A stretch of 32,000 nucleotides of DNA from Promethearchaeota archaeon. GTDB taxonomy: Archaea; Asgardarchaeota; Thorarchaeia; Thorarchaeales; Thorarchaeaceae. How positions within the stretch are numbered: the first letter of the stretch is position 1; every line of letters begins with the position of its first letter. Below are positions 1 through 9,900 of this stretch, piece by piece. The stretch covers positions 1 through 32,000 of the forward strand of contig JALVPN010000067.1 in assembly GCA_027031765.1 (NCBI GenBank), written 5' to 3'. A program made the translations under genes and the position numbers. Below the pieces are notes generated by a model, which did no database searches, was not told where the DNA came from, and saw only the letters and a list, made by a program, of their open reading frames with translations.

Positions 1-1
1 G

Positions 2-1609
2 CGGTGGGCGCTGCTCGGGGTGGGGAGTGCGGTCGGGGTCATCATCACCATAGTGGTAGCAACCGGGGCGTCGAGGGTCGTGCATCTAGAACGGGTGCTG
101 CTGGCAAGTGTGGGGCCCATTGCAGGCCTGTTCAACTTCATCCTCCTGATGGCGTTCATGAGTTCTGTCATGGTCAGTGCTGGAGTGGTGGCCCAGAGCA
201 GCAGGATGGAGTACCTCCTAGTCCTACCCATCCCTGCCAGGACGGTCTTCCTTGAAAAGAGCATTGTGGTGACCGTCTATGCGTCGCTGCTCTGGCTGTT
301 TGCAGGCACATCTGTAGTGACCGGCATTGCCGTGGCGTCCGACCACCCGGTGGCCCTTCTGGGAGTGCCACTGTTCGTCGGCCTCGTGTTCACGCTGGTA
401 GCACTTGGCGTGAGTGCTGGCGGCCTTGTCGGTCTGGTGATTGCCCGGCTGGTGGCAGGCCGCCGCACGCTGAAACAGGTCGGGTACGCAATAATGACAG
501 CCGCCACCATGCTCATGTCGGTGTCGTTCTACTACTGGATGTACGCCACTCCGGACAATAAGGACTTCTGGACGCCCCTCCTGGAGGTGGCCTCGCAGGT
601 CGGGTTCACGGCGACCACGACGCCGGGCTACTTTGCGGCCTACGCCTGTCTGCACACCCTCGCAGGCGCCGCGGTCGGGCTCCCGACCATCATGGCGGTG
701 GGCGTGACGGCCGCGGTTGCAGTGCTACTGCTGCAGGTGAATGCGCTCGTGAGCGAGAGAGCACACTATAGTGGATGGCTCAACACCGTCCCGTCCAGAC
801 GTGACAGGTCAGGAGAGCAGCAGGAACACCCGGTGCGACGGACATGGGGACCGCGTCTGCTCCCTGTGCTCAGGACAAGCACCACAACTGAGGCCGCTGC
901 ATGGTACACGGTCACGGTGGTACGGCGTGACGCCAGAGTGCTGACGAGGTACCTGTTGGGGCCACTGATGTGTGCAGTCTGGCTGGTGGTCCCCTTCACG
1001 ACCGGGGCGTTCATGGAGGTCACGGATGTGCTGCTCTTTGTCGTGGTCGTCCCCTTCGCAACGCAGTATGCAATGTACTTTGCAGGGTACGAGCTCGTCT
1101 TCGAAGGCTCCAACCTCATGAACCTCCAGCTGGCGGCTACGAACATGGAGGAGTATGTCAGGGGCAAGGTCTACGTCGCGCTAGTACCATCGTCTGTTGT
1201 GGGGTGCATCGTTGCCGTCATCACGGTCATTGTCAACTGGGACATGTGGCCACTGGCGCCACTCATCCCGCTCGCAGCCCTGACCACGGCACTCATGGCC
1301 GGTGCCATATCTGCCGACGTGGCCGCAGAACATGGTGAGTTCACGGCTGACCGCATGCTGGTACGCGAGAGGGGCGTCTCAGTACAGCCCCCGCTGAAGG
1401 GGCTGGCATCACTGAAAATGAACATCATACCACAAGTGCTCGCACTTGCTGCACTCTCCTTGATCCTCGCGGCGGACTACACAGCCGGCCCCCTGCTTGC
1501 GTACGTCGTCTTCGCCGGTTACGCCCTCGTGTGCTGGCGGATGTCCAAGAGGTACACACGGAGTGCCGGGCTCCGGCTTGCCAAGATGGAGTGCACCAGG
1601 TACCTGTAG
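2..1609 (+). CDS. Putative ABC-2-type/ABC exporter permease, multi-pass membrane protein (5' truncated by window edge)
   Basis: The frame is open from base 2 (RWALLGVGSAV...) to TAG at 1607-1609. It has about 12 hydrophobic segments in two halves, each with a permease-like loop (MEYLLVLPIPARTVFLEK; LMNLQLAATNMEEYVRGK). Confidence 0.65.
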   Translation, partial: RWALLGVGSAVGVIITIVVATGASRVVHLERVLLASVGPIAGLFNFILLMAFMSSVMVSAGVVAQSSRMEYLLVLPIPARTVFLEKSIVVTVYASLLWLFAGTSVVTGIAVASDHPVALLGVPLFVGLVFTLVALGVSAGGLVGLVIARLVAGRRTLKQVGYAIMTAATMLMSVSFYYWMYATPDNKDFWTPLLEVASQVGFTATTTPGYFAAYACLHTLAGAAVGLPTIMAVGVTAAVAVLLLQVNALVSERAHYSGWLNTVPSRRDRSGEQQEHPVRRTWGPRLLPVLRTSTTTEAAAWYTVTVVRRDARVLTRYLLGPLMCAVWLVVPFTTGAFMEVTDVLLFVVVVPFATQYAMYFAGYELVFEGSNLMNLQLAATNMEEYVRGKVYVALVPSSVVGCIVAVITVIVNWDMWPLAPLIPLAALTTALMAGAISADVAAEHGEFTADRMLVRERGVSVQPPLKGLASLKMNIIPQVLALAALSLILAADYTAGPLLAYVVFAGYALVCWRMSKRYTRSAGLRLAKMECTRYL

Positions 1610-1749
1610 TACTGGAGGCAGACGATTCGTGGGGTATGTACCAGTCCTCGCACAGACTGACAGGCCACAGGACGACGCGGGACGCGACATCGGGGCAGTC
1701 GGCCCACAGGGGGGCCTGGCAGCTGTGAGCCCACCCGTCCGCCCACAGA

Positions 1750-2634
1750 TCAGATGTGTAGCCTTGTGAAGGCTGCGGGCCACACCACGATGCCTACCAC
1801 TGCCGTTACGGCATAGCGCAGTGCACGCGCCCAAGTGTACTCGCTTGCAAGGAAGGAGGACAGGCCCACCATCACACCAATTACGAGCAGCAGACCGAGG
1901 ACTACCCGCAGTACCAGCCGCCACCTGTCAACAGTGGGCTGGTCCTGGAAACCGACCAGGCGGCGTTCCGCAGGAAGGCCGACAGCAGCCCCCATTATGA
2001 GGCCACCGACCGCCCCGAAGTTGTCACTGGGGACAGAGAACACCATGTCAGTGACGAGAGTGGAGAGGAGTCCGAAGAGGAACATGCCTCCATACAGGTA
2101 CGTGTCAGGCACTGTGCTGACCCAGCGGCTCACTGGCCCACTGGCGACCACCTGGAGGACAAGTAAGCAGAGACCAATGCCCCAGCCGAGTATGACGTCG
2201 CCCAGGTAGTGCACGCCGAGATAGACCCGTGACACGCCTATGAGCACCACAAGTACTGTGGAGACCACAACGGCAGCGGTGCTGCCCACGCGACGTGAGA
2301 GCCAGCCGAACAGGACAACGGAGTTCTGAGAGTGCCCGCTGGGCGTGCTGTAGTTCGATGCAGACACGCCCTCATACCAGTACGACTGTGGCGGTCGTTC
2401 TACTGCGAGGAGTGCCTTCAGCCAGAAGTTCAGTACGACCGACACCAATAGGACATACATGGTGACGATAGCTTCGCGTTTCCGCACTGCCCAGTAGCCT
2501 GTGAGGATGAGGACGACGTAGAAGAGCTCGGAGCCGAGCTGTGTGACTGCAATGAACAACGGCCCTGCCCAGGGGAGCATCTCACGTAGGACTGTCGTGA
2601 GTCCGGGGTCGAAGAACAACCTTGCTACCTCCAC
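1750..2634 (-). CDS. PAP2-family (type 2 phosphatidic acid/lipid phosphate) phosphatase, membrane protein
   Basis: All three PAP2 motifs are present: KALLAVERP (KxxxxxxRP), PSGH and SRVYLGVHYLGD (SRxxxxxHxxxD), plus multiple TM helices. Confidence 0.92.
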   Translation of the reverse strand: MEVARLFFDPGLTTVLREMLPWAGPLFIAVTQLGSELFYVVLILTGYWAVRKREAIVTMYVLLVSVVLNFWLKALLAVERPPQSYWYEGVSASNYSTPSGHSQNSVVLFGWLSRRVGSTAAVVVSTVLVVLIGVSRVYLGVHYLGDVILGWGIGLCLLVLQVVASGPVSRWVSTVPDTYLYGGMFLFGLLSTLVTDMVFSVPSDNFGAVGGLIMGAAVGLPAERRLVGFQDQPTVDRWRLVLRVVLGLLLVIGVMVGLSSFLASEYTWARALRYAVTAVVGIVVWPAAFTRLHI

Positions 2635-2662
2635 AGCTGGTGACCCAGTGTGCTGTCCTCAG

Positions 2663-4498
2663 TCAAAAAGTGTGCTGTCCTACAAGGTCGCGCAACCCAA
2701 GGGAGTCTATCCGCTGGTCAGAGGGCATGCCAGTCTCCCTGTCCCAGTCACGGTAGGCGTACCAGACCTCCAGCTGGGCACCTACATCCGGGACGTGTCC
2801 TCCAGTCGGCCCCTCAAGTGGGCGGAGGAGCAGTTCTGGTAGCTGCTCACCCTTCGGGTCGTATCCCAGACGCATTGCCAAGAGCCGCTGCAGTGTGAAG
2901 ATACGCTCGCCGGTGGTCGCTACGTCTTTCACCGAGTACGGGATCCCCGTGACGAGGGCCAACAGATGTGCAAGGACATCGCCGTGTACCGGGTAGAAGT
3001 GACAGACCAGGGCCGAGTTTGTCACACAGCGGAAGTCCTGCAGGCGTGCGGCCACCTCGGCCTCGTTCGCGAAACGGTCGGTACTCACTATGTCCATGCT
3101 GGGGTCGCTCAGTCCCATCTGTACGGCGTACATGTCGCCAGTCATATGACAGGCGCCGCGCGGCGAGGTGGCGTACACCACGGCCATGCCGGAAAAGCCC
3201 CGTGGGTCATGCACCGGGGTCTCCAGCCCATGGACCTGAACCGCAAGGTGCTCCACACCGTGCCTGCGGGCAAACTCAAGGGCCCCGAGCGCGAGCTCAG
3301 CGCCCACACCCTCACAGTGTGCAATCTTACGGGTCAGCTCCACAGCCGCACCAACATCGCCCCATCTCGGCTCGATGCCGTCGAGGTCGTCTGCAGTGAT
3401 GTGCCCCTTATCGAACAGGTAGTAGACCATGGACAGGACATTCCCACCAGAAATAGTGTCGATGCCCAAGAGGTTGTGCATGCGGTTGAGGTACACCAGG
3501 GCCTCAAGGTTGTCGTTCAGGAGGAGCGAGCCCAGTGCGCATGTGCTCTCGTACTCGGGCGCTCCGCAGCGTGGTACTCTGAACTCACCTTCAGTGACCT
3601 CGACCAGCTGGCGGCAGCCCACGGGGCAGCCCAGGCAACCAGTCTTGCCCACACGGATGGTCTCGCTGACAGTGACGCCGCTAATTGCAGTGGCATCAAA
3701 GTCCGATACTGTGTAGTACCCGGCGGGCATCGAGCCGTACAGCATATTCGCCATGTCCACGAAACCGGCAGAACCGAGGTCAGAGTACATGCGTACAGTG
3801 GCGTCGTCGCGCAGCTCCTCTTTGAGGGCCCTCACAGCCTGCAATAGGCCATCAGGGTCGGCAACAGGCACCGTCTGGTCCGTGCCGCGCACCACAAGGG
3901 CCTTGAGCCGCTTCGAGCCCATCACAGCACCCATGCCGGTGCGCCCGGCAGTCCGCTCATTGTCTACAACAATGCATGCATACCTCACGAGGTTCTCACC
4001 GGCAATACCAATCCGTGCGATGGCATACTTGTCACTCACCATCGACCGGTCAATGAGTCGGTAGCACTCCTCTGTGTCCGTCCCCCAGAGCTCGCCGGCG
4101 TCACGTATCTCGACCTCCGCCCCACGGACGACAATATAGCACGGCGACTCGGCACGGCCAGTTATGAGTATCCCGTCGTAGCCAGCACGCCTGATCCCGG
4201 TTGGCAGACGGCCCCCGAACACACTGTACCCGAGGAGGCCTGTGAGGGGTGAACGTGCACACACCACAGCCTTGCTGCTTGTCGGGACCCGTGTCCCAGT
4301 GAGGGGGCCGGTGATGAAGAGCAGGGGGTTCTCGGCCCCGAGCGGGTCGGTCGTGGCACCTATCATGTCCCAGAGCAGCCTGGTACCGAGGCCCACCCCA
4401 CCAAGGAAGTCCCGGAGCAGGTCGGGGTCGAGGGTGACGATGTCGGTGGAGGCGATGGTCAGGTCTATGTTGAGGAGGCGCCCCCAGTAGCCATACAC
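2663..4498 (-). CDS. aor: Tungsten-dependent aldehyde:ferredoxin oxidoreductase family protein
   Basis: N-terminal YGYWGRLLNIDLT; GRTGMGAVMGSKRLKA; 4Fe-4S motif CLGCPVGC plus a distal Cys (ALVCHF); PEYES, LGIDTISGG, HDPRG and SPRGACH motifs. 611 aa, GTG start. The symbol is family-level only. Confidence 0.95.
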   Translation of the reverse strand: MYGYWGRLLNIDLTIASTDIVTLDPDLLRDFLGGVGLGTRLLWDMIGATTDPLGAENPLLFITGPLTGTRVPTSSKAVVCARSPLTGLLGYSVFGGRLPTGIRRAGYDGILITGRAESPCYIVVRGAEVEIRDAGELWGTDTEECYRLIDRSMVSDKYAIARIGIAGENLVRYACIVVDNERTAGRTGMGAVMGSKRLKALVVRGTDQTVPVADPDGLLQAVRALKEELRDDATVRMYSDLGSAGFVDMANMLYGSMPAGYYTVSDFDATAISGVTVSETIRVGKTGCLGCPVGCRQLVEVTEGEFRVPRCGAPEYESTCALGSLLLNDNLEALVYLNRMHNLLGIDTISGGNVLSMVYYLFDKGHITADDLDGIEPRWGDVGAAVELTRKIAHCEGVGAELALGALEFARRHGVEHLAVQVHGLETPVHDPRGFSGMAVVYATSPRGACHMTGDMYAVQMGLSDPSMDIVSTDRFANEAEVAARLQDFRCVTNSALVCHFYPVHGDVLAHLLALVTGIPYSVKDVATTGERIFTLQRLLAMRLGYDPKGEQLPELLLRPLEGPTGGHVPDVGAQLEVWYAYRDWDRETGMPSDQRIDSLGLRDLVGQHTF

Positions 4499-4510
4499 GA
4501 GTGGCCTCTC

Positions 4511-5683
4511 CTAGAAGTCGATACTACGTCCCTCCCACATGTACTCGAAGAACCTGCGAATGTCGGCCTCACTTGGTGAGCGAGGGTTCATTGTCAGGCT
4601 GGAGTCGGCCATGCAGAACTCGACGAGGGACTGTATCTTTGAGGCGAACGTGTCCTCTGGGATACCAGCCGCACGGATGTTCGTTGGGACGCCAACATCA
4701 GACATCAACTGGCGCGTGCGAGTGGCAAAGCGGAGTGACACATCGTGTGGGTCGCCACCATGGATACCGACAGCAGCTGCAAGTCCTGCATACTGTCTGG
4801 CGACACTCTCGTCCTGCCGGTGGTTGTACTCGACCGTATAGGGAAGGGCAAGGCCGACAGCCAGGCCGTGGTGGAGGCCCAGGACAGGGCCCATGGAGTG
4901 GCCCAACGAGTGTGCGAGTGCGACCTGGGAATTACTGAACGCCATGCCAGCAAGGCAGGCGGCAACAAGCATGTTCTCACGGGCCGCGAGGTCGTCCGGG
5001 GAGTCGACAGAGCGTGGCAGCCACTCGAACACCATCCGGACAGCCTGGACGGCGCAGGCGTCAGAAAAGGGGTTCTTCCATTGTGACACATAGGCCTCTA
5101 CGGCATGACAGAGTGCATCCATGCCGGTGTTGGCAGTGAGCGTCGGTGGGAGCGACCTTGTCAGTGATGGGTCGAGAATGGCTATGTCGGGGACGAGCTC
5201 ACGGTTGGACGTCCCCATCTTGCGACCGGTCTCGTCCTCACGTATTACGATGGCCTTTGTGACCTCGGACCCTGTGCCGGTAGTCGTGGGGACGCAGATC
5301 AGTCTGGCCCGGTTGCGCAGGTCGAGGGGTTGCAGTGGTGACACGGCCTGGATGTCCATCTGGGGGTGCTCGTAGAGAATCCATGCGGCCTTCGCAGTGT
5401 CCATGACACTACCACCACCCACGGCAATAATCCAGTCAGGACCGAACCTGCGCATTGCATCCGCAGCCTCGCGCACCAAGGACTCAGTAGGGTCTGACTG
5501 TACCTGGTCCCAGACAGCGATTGACCACCTGCGACGGGACAGGGTCTCGACAATCCTGTCCGGGATGCCCAGGCGATACACGGTGCGGTCAGTCACTATG
5601 AATGCCCTGCAGCCGCAGATTGACTCCACTTCGGACAGGGCGTCCTCTCCAAAGACGACCTTTGGGATATCGAACCACCACAA
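4511..5683 (-). CDS. Iron-containing (type III) alcohol dehydrogenase
   Basis: GGGSVMDTAK nucleotide-binding loop, PTTTGTGSE, and metal ligands in GMDALCHAVE, AHSLGH and LHHG. TTG start gives MWWFDIPKVVFGEDAL. Confidence 0.95.
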   Translation of the reverse strand: MWWFDIPKVVFGEDALSEVESICGCRAFIVTDRTVYRLGIPDRIVETLSRRRWSIAVWDQVQSDPTESLVREAADAMRRFGPDWIIAVGGGSVMDTAKAAWILYEHPQMDIQAVSPLQPLDLRNRARLICVPTTTGTGSEVTKAIVIREDETGRKMGTSNRELVPDIAILDPSLTRSLPPTLTANTGMDALCHAVEAYVSQWKNPFSDACAVQAVRMVFEWLPRSVDSPDDLAARENMLVAACLAGMAFSNSQVALAHSLGHSMGPVLGLHHGLAVGLALPYTVEYNHRQDESVARQYAGLAAAVGIHGGDPHDVSLRFATRTRQLMSDVGVPTNIRAAGIPEDTFASKIQSLVEFCMADSSLTMNPRSPSEADIRRFFEYMWEGRSIDF

Positions 5684-5761
5684 ACGCGGCGACCTCCAGA
5701 CTGTGTAGAGGGCAATCGGTGAAACAGCGCCCCTGCTACAGTGGGACTGGGAACGATTACT

Positions 5762-6859
5762 TCAATCCTTCGAATGGATTACGGATGCGTTGATGTTTCT
5801 GAGCGTGGACACTGCCCCTGCAACAATGTCCTCGACCAGCGACGCAACACTTGGGAGGTCGTTGATGCGGCCGACCACTTCGCCACCGAACATGAGTGCA
5901 GAGTCCTCGTCACCGTCCAGGAGGGCGTCGAAGCCGTCCCGCTCGAGAGATAGTATCTCCTCGTTCGACTCGACGGGCTCGCCCAAGAAGAACCGCGGTG
6001 CGTCCTTGATGGTGCGCTCAACTATCATCTCGGCACGCCGGTTGCGGAGGAACCGCATTGGGCCAAACAGGCCGCGACCGGTCAGCGTCTGCCGCTCCTC
6101 GCGTCTCACCACGGCCTCTTTCCAGACGGGCTCAAAGTCGCTCTCGCGAGTGGCTATGAACCGGGTCCCCATCTGAATCCCCTTGGCACCTAGGCACAGT
6201 GCTGCTGCAAGGGTGGCGCCGTCACAGAAACCCCCGGCAGCCACGACAGGAGTCCGCACGACCCGGGCAACTGCCGGGACGAGCACCATGGAATGTACGG
6301 GCTCCCACGAGACATGGGCCCCGCCCTCATGCCCGGATGCCACAATTATGTCCACTCCGGCACGCTCTGCCTTCTTTGCGTGATAGACGGACGGGACAAC
6401 GTGTATCCAGACAAGACCATGCCGGCGCACCCCGGCCCACGGTGCAGGGTTTCCGGCCGAGGTTATCAGGACGCGCAGGTGCCTGGCGACCTGGGAGTCG
6501 GACTCCACCGTCTCGACCACCTTCTCGACGAACATCTTGGATGCCGGCACGAACTCGGAGGCAACGGGTACATTGACGCCGAACACGCCCCCCGACCCGC
6601 GCAGAGCCTCAGTGACCCGGCGTATGGAGGTCTCAAGTAGCACCTCCGGTGGGTCCGGGCCAAAGAGGCGGATGGGGTCGATGGGTGCAGCGTTGGGGAG
6701 GATGGTGGCAGCCATGCCAATACTGCTTATGACACCCAGCGCTCCGGCGCGGGATACGGCGATGGCCAGTCGTTCCGTCTTGTACGGCCCCATGCCACCT
6801 TGGAGTATTGGGTGACAGATGCCAATCACGTCGCAGATCTCTGTCCTGATGAGGGCCAT
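5762..6859 (-). CDS. Nitronate monooxygenase / FabK enoyl-reductase-like FMN-dependent TIM-barrel flavoprotein
   Basis: PILQGGMG, GHEGGAH, VVAAGGFCDG and GAKGIQMGTRF motifs; 365 aa. Confidence 0.9.
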   Translation of the reverse strand: MALIRTEICDVIGICHPILQGGMGPYKTERLAIAVSRAGALGVISSIGMAATILPNAAPIDPIRLFGPDPPEVLLETSIRRVTEALRGSGGVFGVNVPVASEFVPASKMFVEKVVETVESDSQVARHLRVLITSAGNPAPWAGVRRHGLVWIHVVPSVYHAKKAERAGVDIIVASGHEGGAHVSWEPVHSMVLVPAVARVVRTPVVAAGGFCDGATLAAALCLGAKGIQMGTRFIATRESDFEPVWKEAVVRREERQTLTGRGLFGPMRFLRNRRAEMIVERTIKDAPRFFLGEPVESNEEILSLERDGFDALLDGDEDSALMFGGEVVGRINDLPSVASLVEDIVAGAVSTLRNINASVIHSKD

Positions 6860-6883
6860 GACTAACGGGTGTGCTCCGCTGTG

Positions 6884-6892
6884 ATTTAATTA
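6884..6892 (-). promoter_or_regulatory. Candidate archaeal TATA box for the NMO-ADH-AOR-PAP2 cluster
   Basis: TAATTAAAT on the minus strand in a GC-rich background, 24 nt upstream of ATG 6859. Confidence 0.55.
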
Positions 6893-6929
6893 CTGGGTGT
6901 CCGCTGACGAGCGTGCATGACATGCGAGG

Positions 6930-9900
6930 CTAGTAGTCATGGTCATCCCCGGGGCCACGGCTGTGGTCACTATTACCATCACTGTAGCTGTCACTGTCAC
7001 TGTAACTATGACTGTCAGTGTAACTGTCATCGTCACTGTAACTGTAACTGTCATCCGGGGACCCATCACTAGGACGACCGGTATGGTCTGGTGCGCCCGC
7101 CGCGTCATGGTGGGGACCGTCAGATGTCGCAGCAAAGGCCCTGCCCGTGTCGCTGTGGCCGTCCTCGGTGGGCCGTCCCTGTGTCTGGTCGTCAGGCTGG
7201 TGCTCCACGGTGACCCCCGCATCTGCAATCTCCTGTAGCGAGGTTGGGGACTGGTGCTTGCGGAGGTAGCCAGTAGCCCTGTCAGCAGCCTTGAGTATCT
7301 TTGAGGTGACAAAGGGGATGACGACGAGGAAGAGCACCGGCATGAGTACGATGACACCAAGAGCATAGCTCCGGAGAAAGTCCATGGTGCTGACGGTGGT
7401 ACCCGCGAGCACTACGAGGAACATGAAGAACTTGATGCGGATCGAGGAGCCAGTCTTGTCCACCAGGTCCATCCGCTCCTCCTCCAAGACGGATGCTGGT
7501 GTGCCCGACTCTCGCATGTGGTCGAGCTTTGCAATGCTCCTGCTCAGCTCCTTGTAGAGGTTGACGACCACTACCACTATGGACGACACGTAGGTGACGA
7601 ATACCGTGAGCATTATTGTGGGCACTGCAACACCACCTACCGTGAACGCCTCACGCAACACGTAGTATTCGAACCACTCGATGTGCTTGCCCCACGCGAA
7701 GATCTGTAGCACCACGAGCGGCACGAACACCAGGTGCCAGAGACCAAAGACCATGCGTCGTGTGCTGACATGTCCGGTGTCGAGGATTGCAGAGTTCGCG
7801 TCCCGGTAGAGCCAGATGCCATAGAGGAGGACCGAGATACCGAGTAGGAGGACGCTCTCAGCCACTGCCAGCGAGTACTGGCCCGCCTCTGCGGACAGCA
7901 CCGAGTGCAGGAGGACGAGGCCGGCAAGGGCAACAATGGACACGTATATGATGTCCATGCGCCTTATGCTGCGGTGCAGGTCCTTGCCCGTGCCGCGGGC
8001 CGAGATTGACGAGGACACCTTGAAGTAGATGAGGAACCCGACCAGACTTATGAGGAAGGAGAGCCCGCTACCAAGTGTGAAGGTCTCGGGGCTCATCGAT
8101 ATCTCGGGCGGTCGGACGCCGATGTAGACCGCCTCGACTGTGCTGCCGGGCTCGCATACCGTGCCGCTTGCGCTGACATGGATGTCGTAGGTGCCGTGCC
8201 CCTCAGCCGGTAATGTGAACACTGCCACGTACTTGCCGGCAGTGGATGTTTCCGTCGCATTCAGCACCTGGTCCTGGAAGGACACTGTGATGGAGAGGTT
8301 GCTGAGCGGTTCGCCATACAGGTCGGTGGCCCATACCGTTACTGCGACCGTGTCGCCCTGCACGGGGGTCTCCGGTGACAACTCCACGACCAGCACCGGC
8401 TGCCCCTTCACAATGATGAGACCCTGTACGGTGTGACTGTAGTCGACCAATGGATGTGCAATCACCACCATGTACTCGTATTGACCGGGCTGCCAGCCCA
8501 CGGTGGACAGTGTGGTCACGAATGTGCCGTTGTCAAGGCCATCCAAGTTAGACATGGAGTCGCGTATCACAATGCTGACCGATATGTTGGGGACGGGGTT
8601 GCCAGCAGTGTCAAAGAGGTTGACGACAAAGTGAATACTGTCCTCGCCCTGCACGAACTCCGTAGAGTTGGAGGGCGACACCACACTGACAACAGCCTCA
8701 CTGCGCACCCCTACTGTCGTATGGTAGTCACTCGGTACAACGTACCGCCCGCTGAGCTGTACGACCAGGGGATACTCCCTTGGCGGCCCTGAAACGGGCA
8801 GTGTGACGGACAGCGTGTTGCTCCCAGAGTGGTGTCCCGAGAGCACCTGGCCCTGGAATGTCAGCGTCCAGTTGAACTCTGTCACCGGGTTCATGTACAG
8901 GTCGGTTGCCACGACCGTGAACGTCACGACATCGCCGACACGCACGGGCGTGCCATACTCGACACTGATGGTAGCATGGCCAGTAACGACCAGTTCAAGG
9001 TACTGTTCCACTGCGTACAGGTGGCTGTGGACCACTGTGAGACGTACGGAGTACGTGCCGAGTGGCAGGCCGACAGTACTGATGTCGAGGGCATAGACAC
9101 CAGGCGATACTGCCACAAGCCGGTATGAACTGCCATGGAGGTGGATGGTACAGTTGACGCCCGCTATCAGGTCACCAATACCATCTGTCACATTGACAAT
9201 GAAGGGGACACTCGTACCCTGCGCTGTGACACTCCCCTGGGCTGGTGAGACCACGGTCACATTTGCAGTACTGTACACGTGTACTGTCCACGAGCTGTTC
9301 ACAGTGGCCACGTGGGGTCCAGAAACAGTCAGGGAGAGGTCATACACCCCTGGCGCCACTGCGGGGGTCCAGCCCCACACGAGGACATAGTCATCGGACG
9401 TACCGGAAACGGTAATAGAGTCACCAAAGGCAATGGTGTAGGAGAACCCATTGACAGGGCTACCATACTGGTCGGTGACCGTGAACTTGAACTGTGCGGG
9501 CTCGGTGTTGCGCAGTGGGCTGGGATCAGTGACGAGGCTGACCGTGGGAGTGCCTTGGAGCAGGAGCTCACCTGTTGTCGCCCATTCGGCCATGAACTCG
9601 TGTTCGACAGACACCGTGTAGTTGTACGTCCTCAGAGGCAGGCCCACAGTGGCAACAAGGCCGGAGTACACACCGTCCCCGACCTCGTCCAGGAAGTACG
9701 TACCACCATTCAGTGACACATGCACGGTTGCTCCGGTGACCAGGTATCCGGCGAGGTCACGCAGCACGAGTGTGAAGTTCACAGCATCGCCTTGGGCAAC
9801 GGTCACACTGGGGGCCGGTGACACGAAGGAAACATTGCTCATACCAAGGACTCTGATTGTGGTGGTCTGCAACGACAGGTAGACATAGTCACCGACAAAG

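Noticed and set aside
2966-3847. 293-aa plus-strand ORF, and many other 60-300 aa ORFs antisense to or overlapping real genes
   Set aside because: Shadow ORFs expected from GC-rich codon usage; no motifs, and they overlap well-supported genes.
5684-5764. The NMO-like gene and the ADH are in the same frame, separated by one TGA and 26 sense codons (possible selenocysteine/readthrough fusion)
   Set aside because: The ADH has a natural N-terminus at TTG 5683, a 26-codon stop-free stretch is common at this GC content, the TGA is not in a catalytic Cys position, and I saw no SECIS-like element.
6890-7366. Alternative-frame ORF with a TVTVTVT run (and a VTVTVT ORF on the plus strand, 6939-7238)
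   Set aside because: Other-frame readouts of the hexamer repeat in the giant gene's tail.
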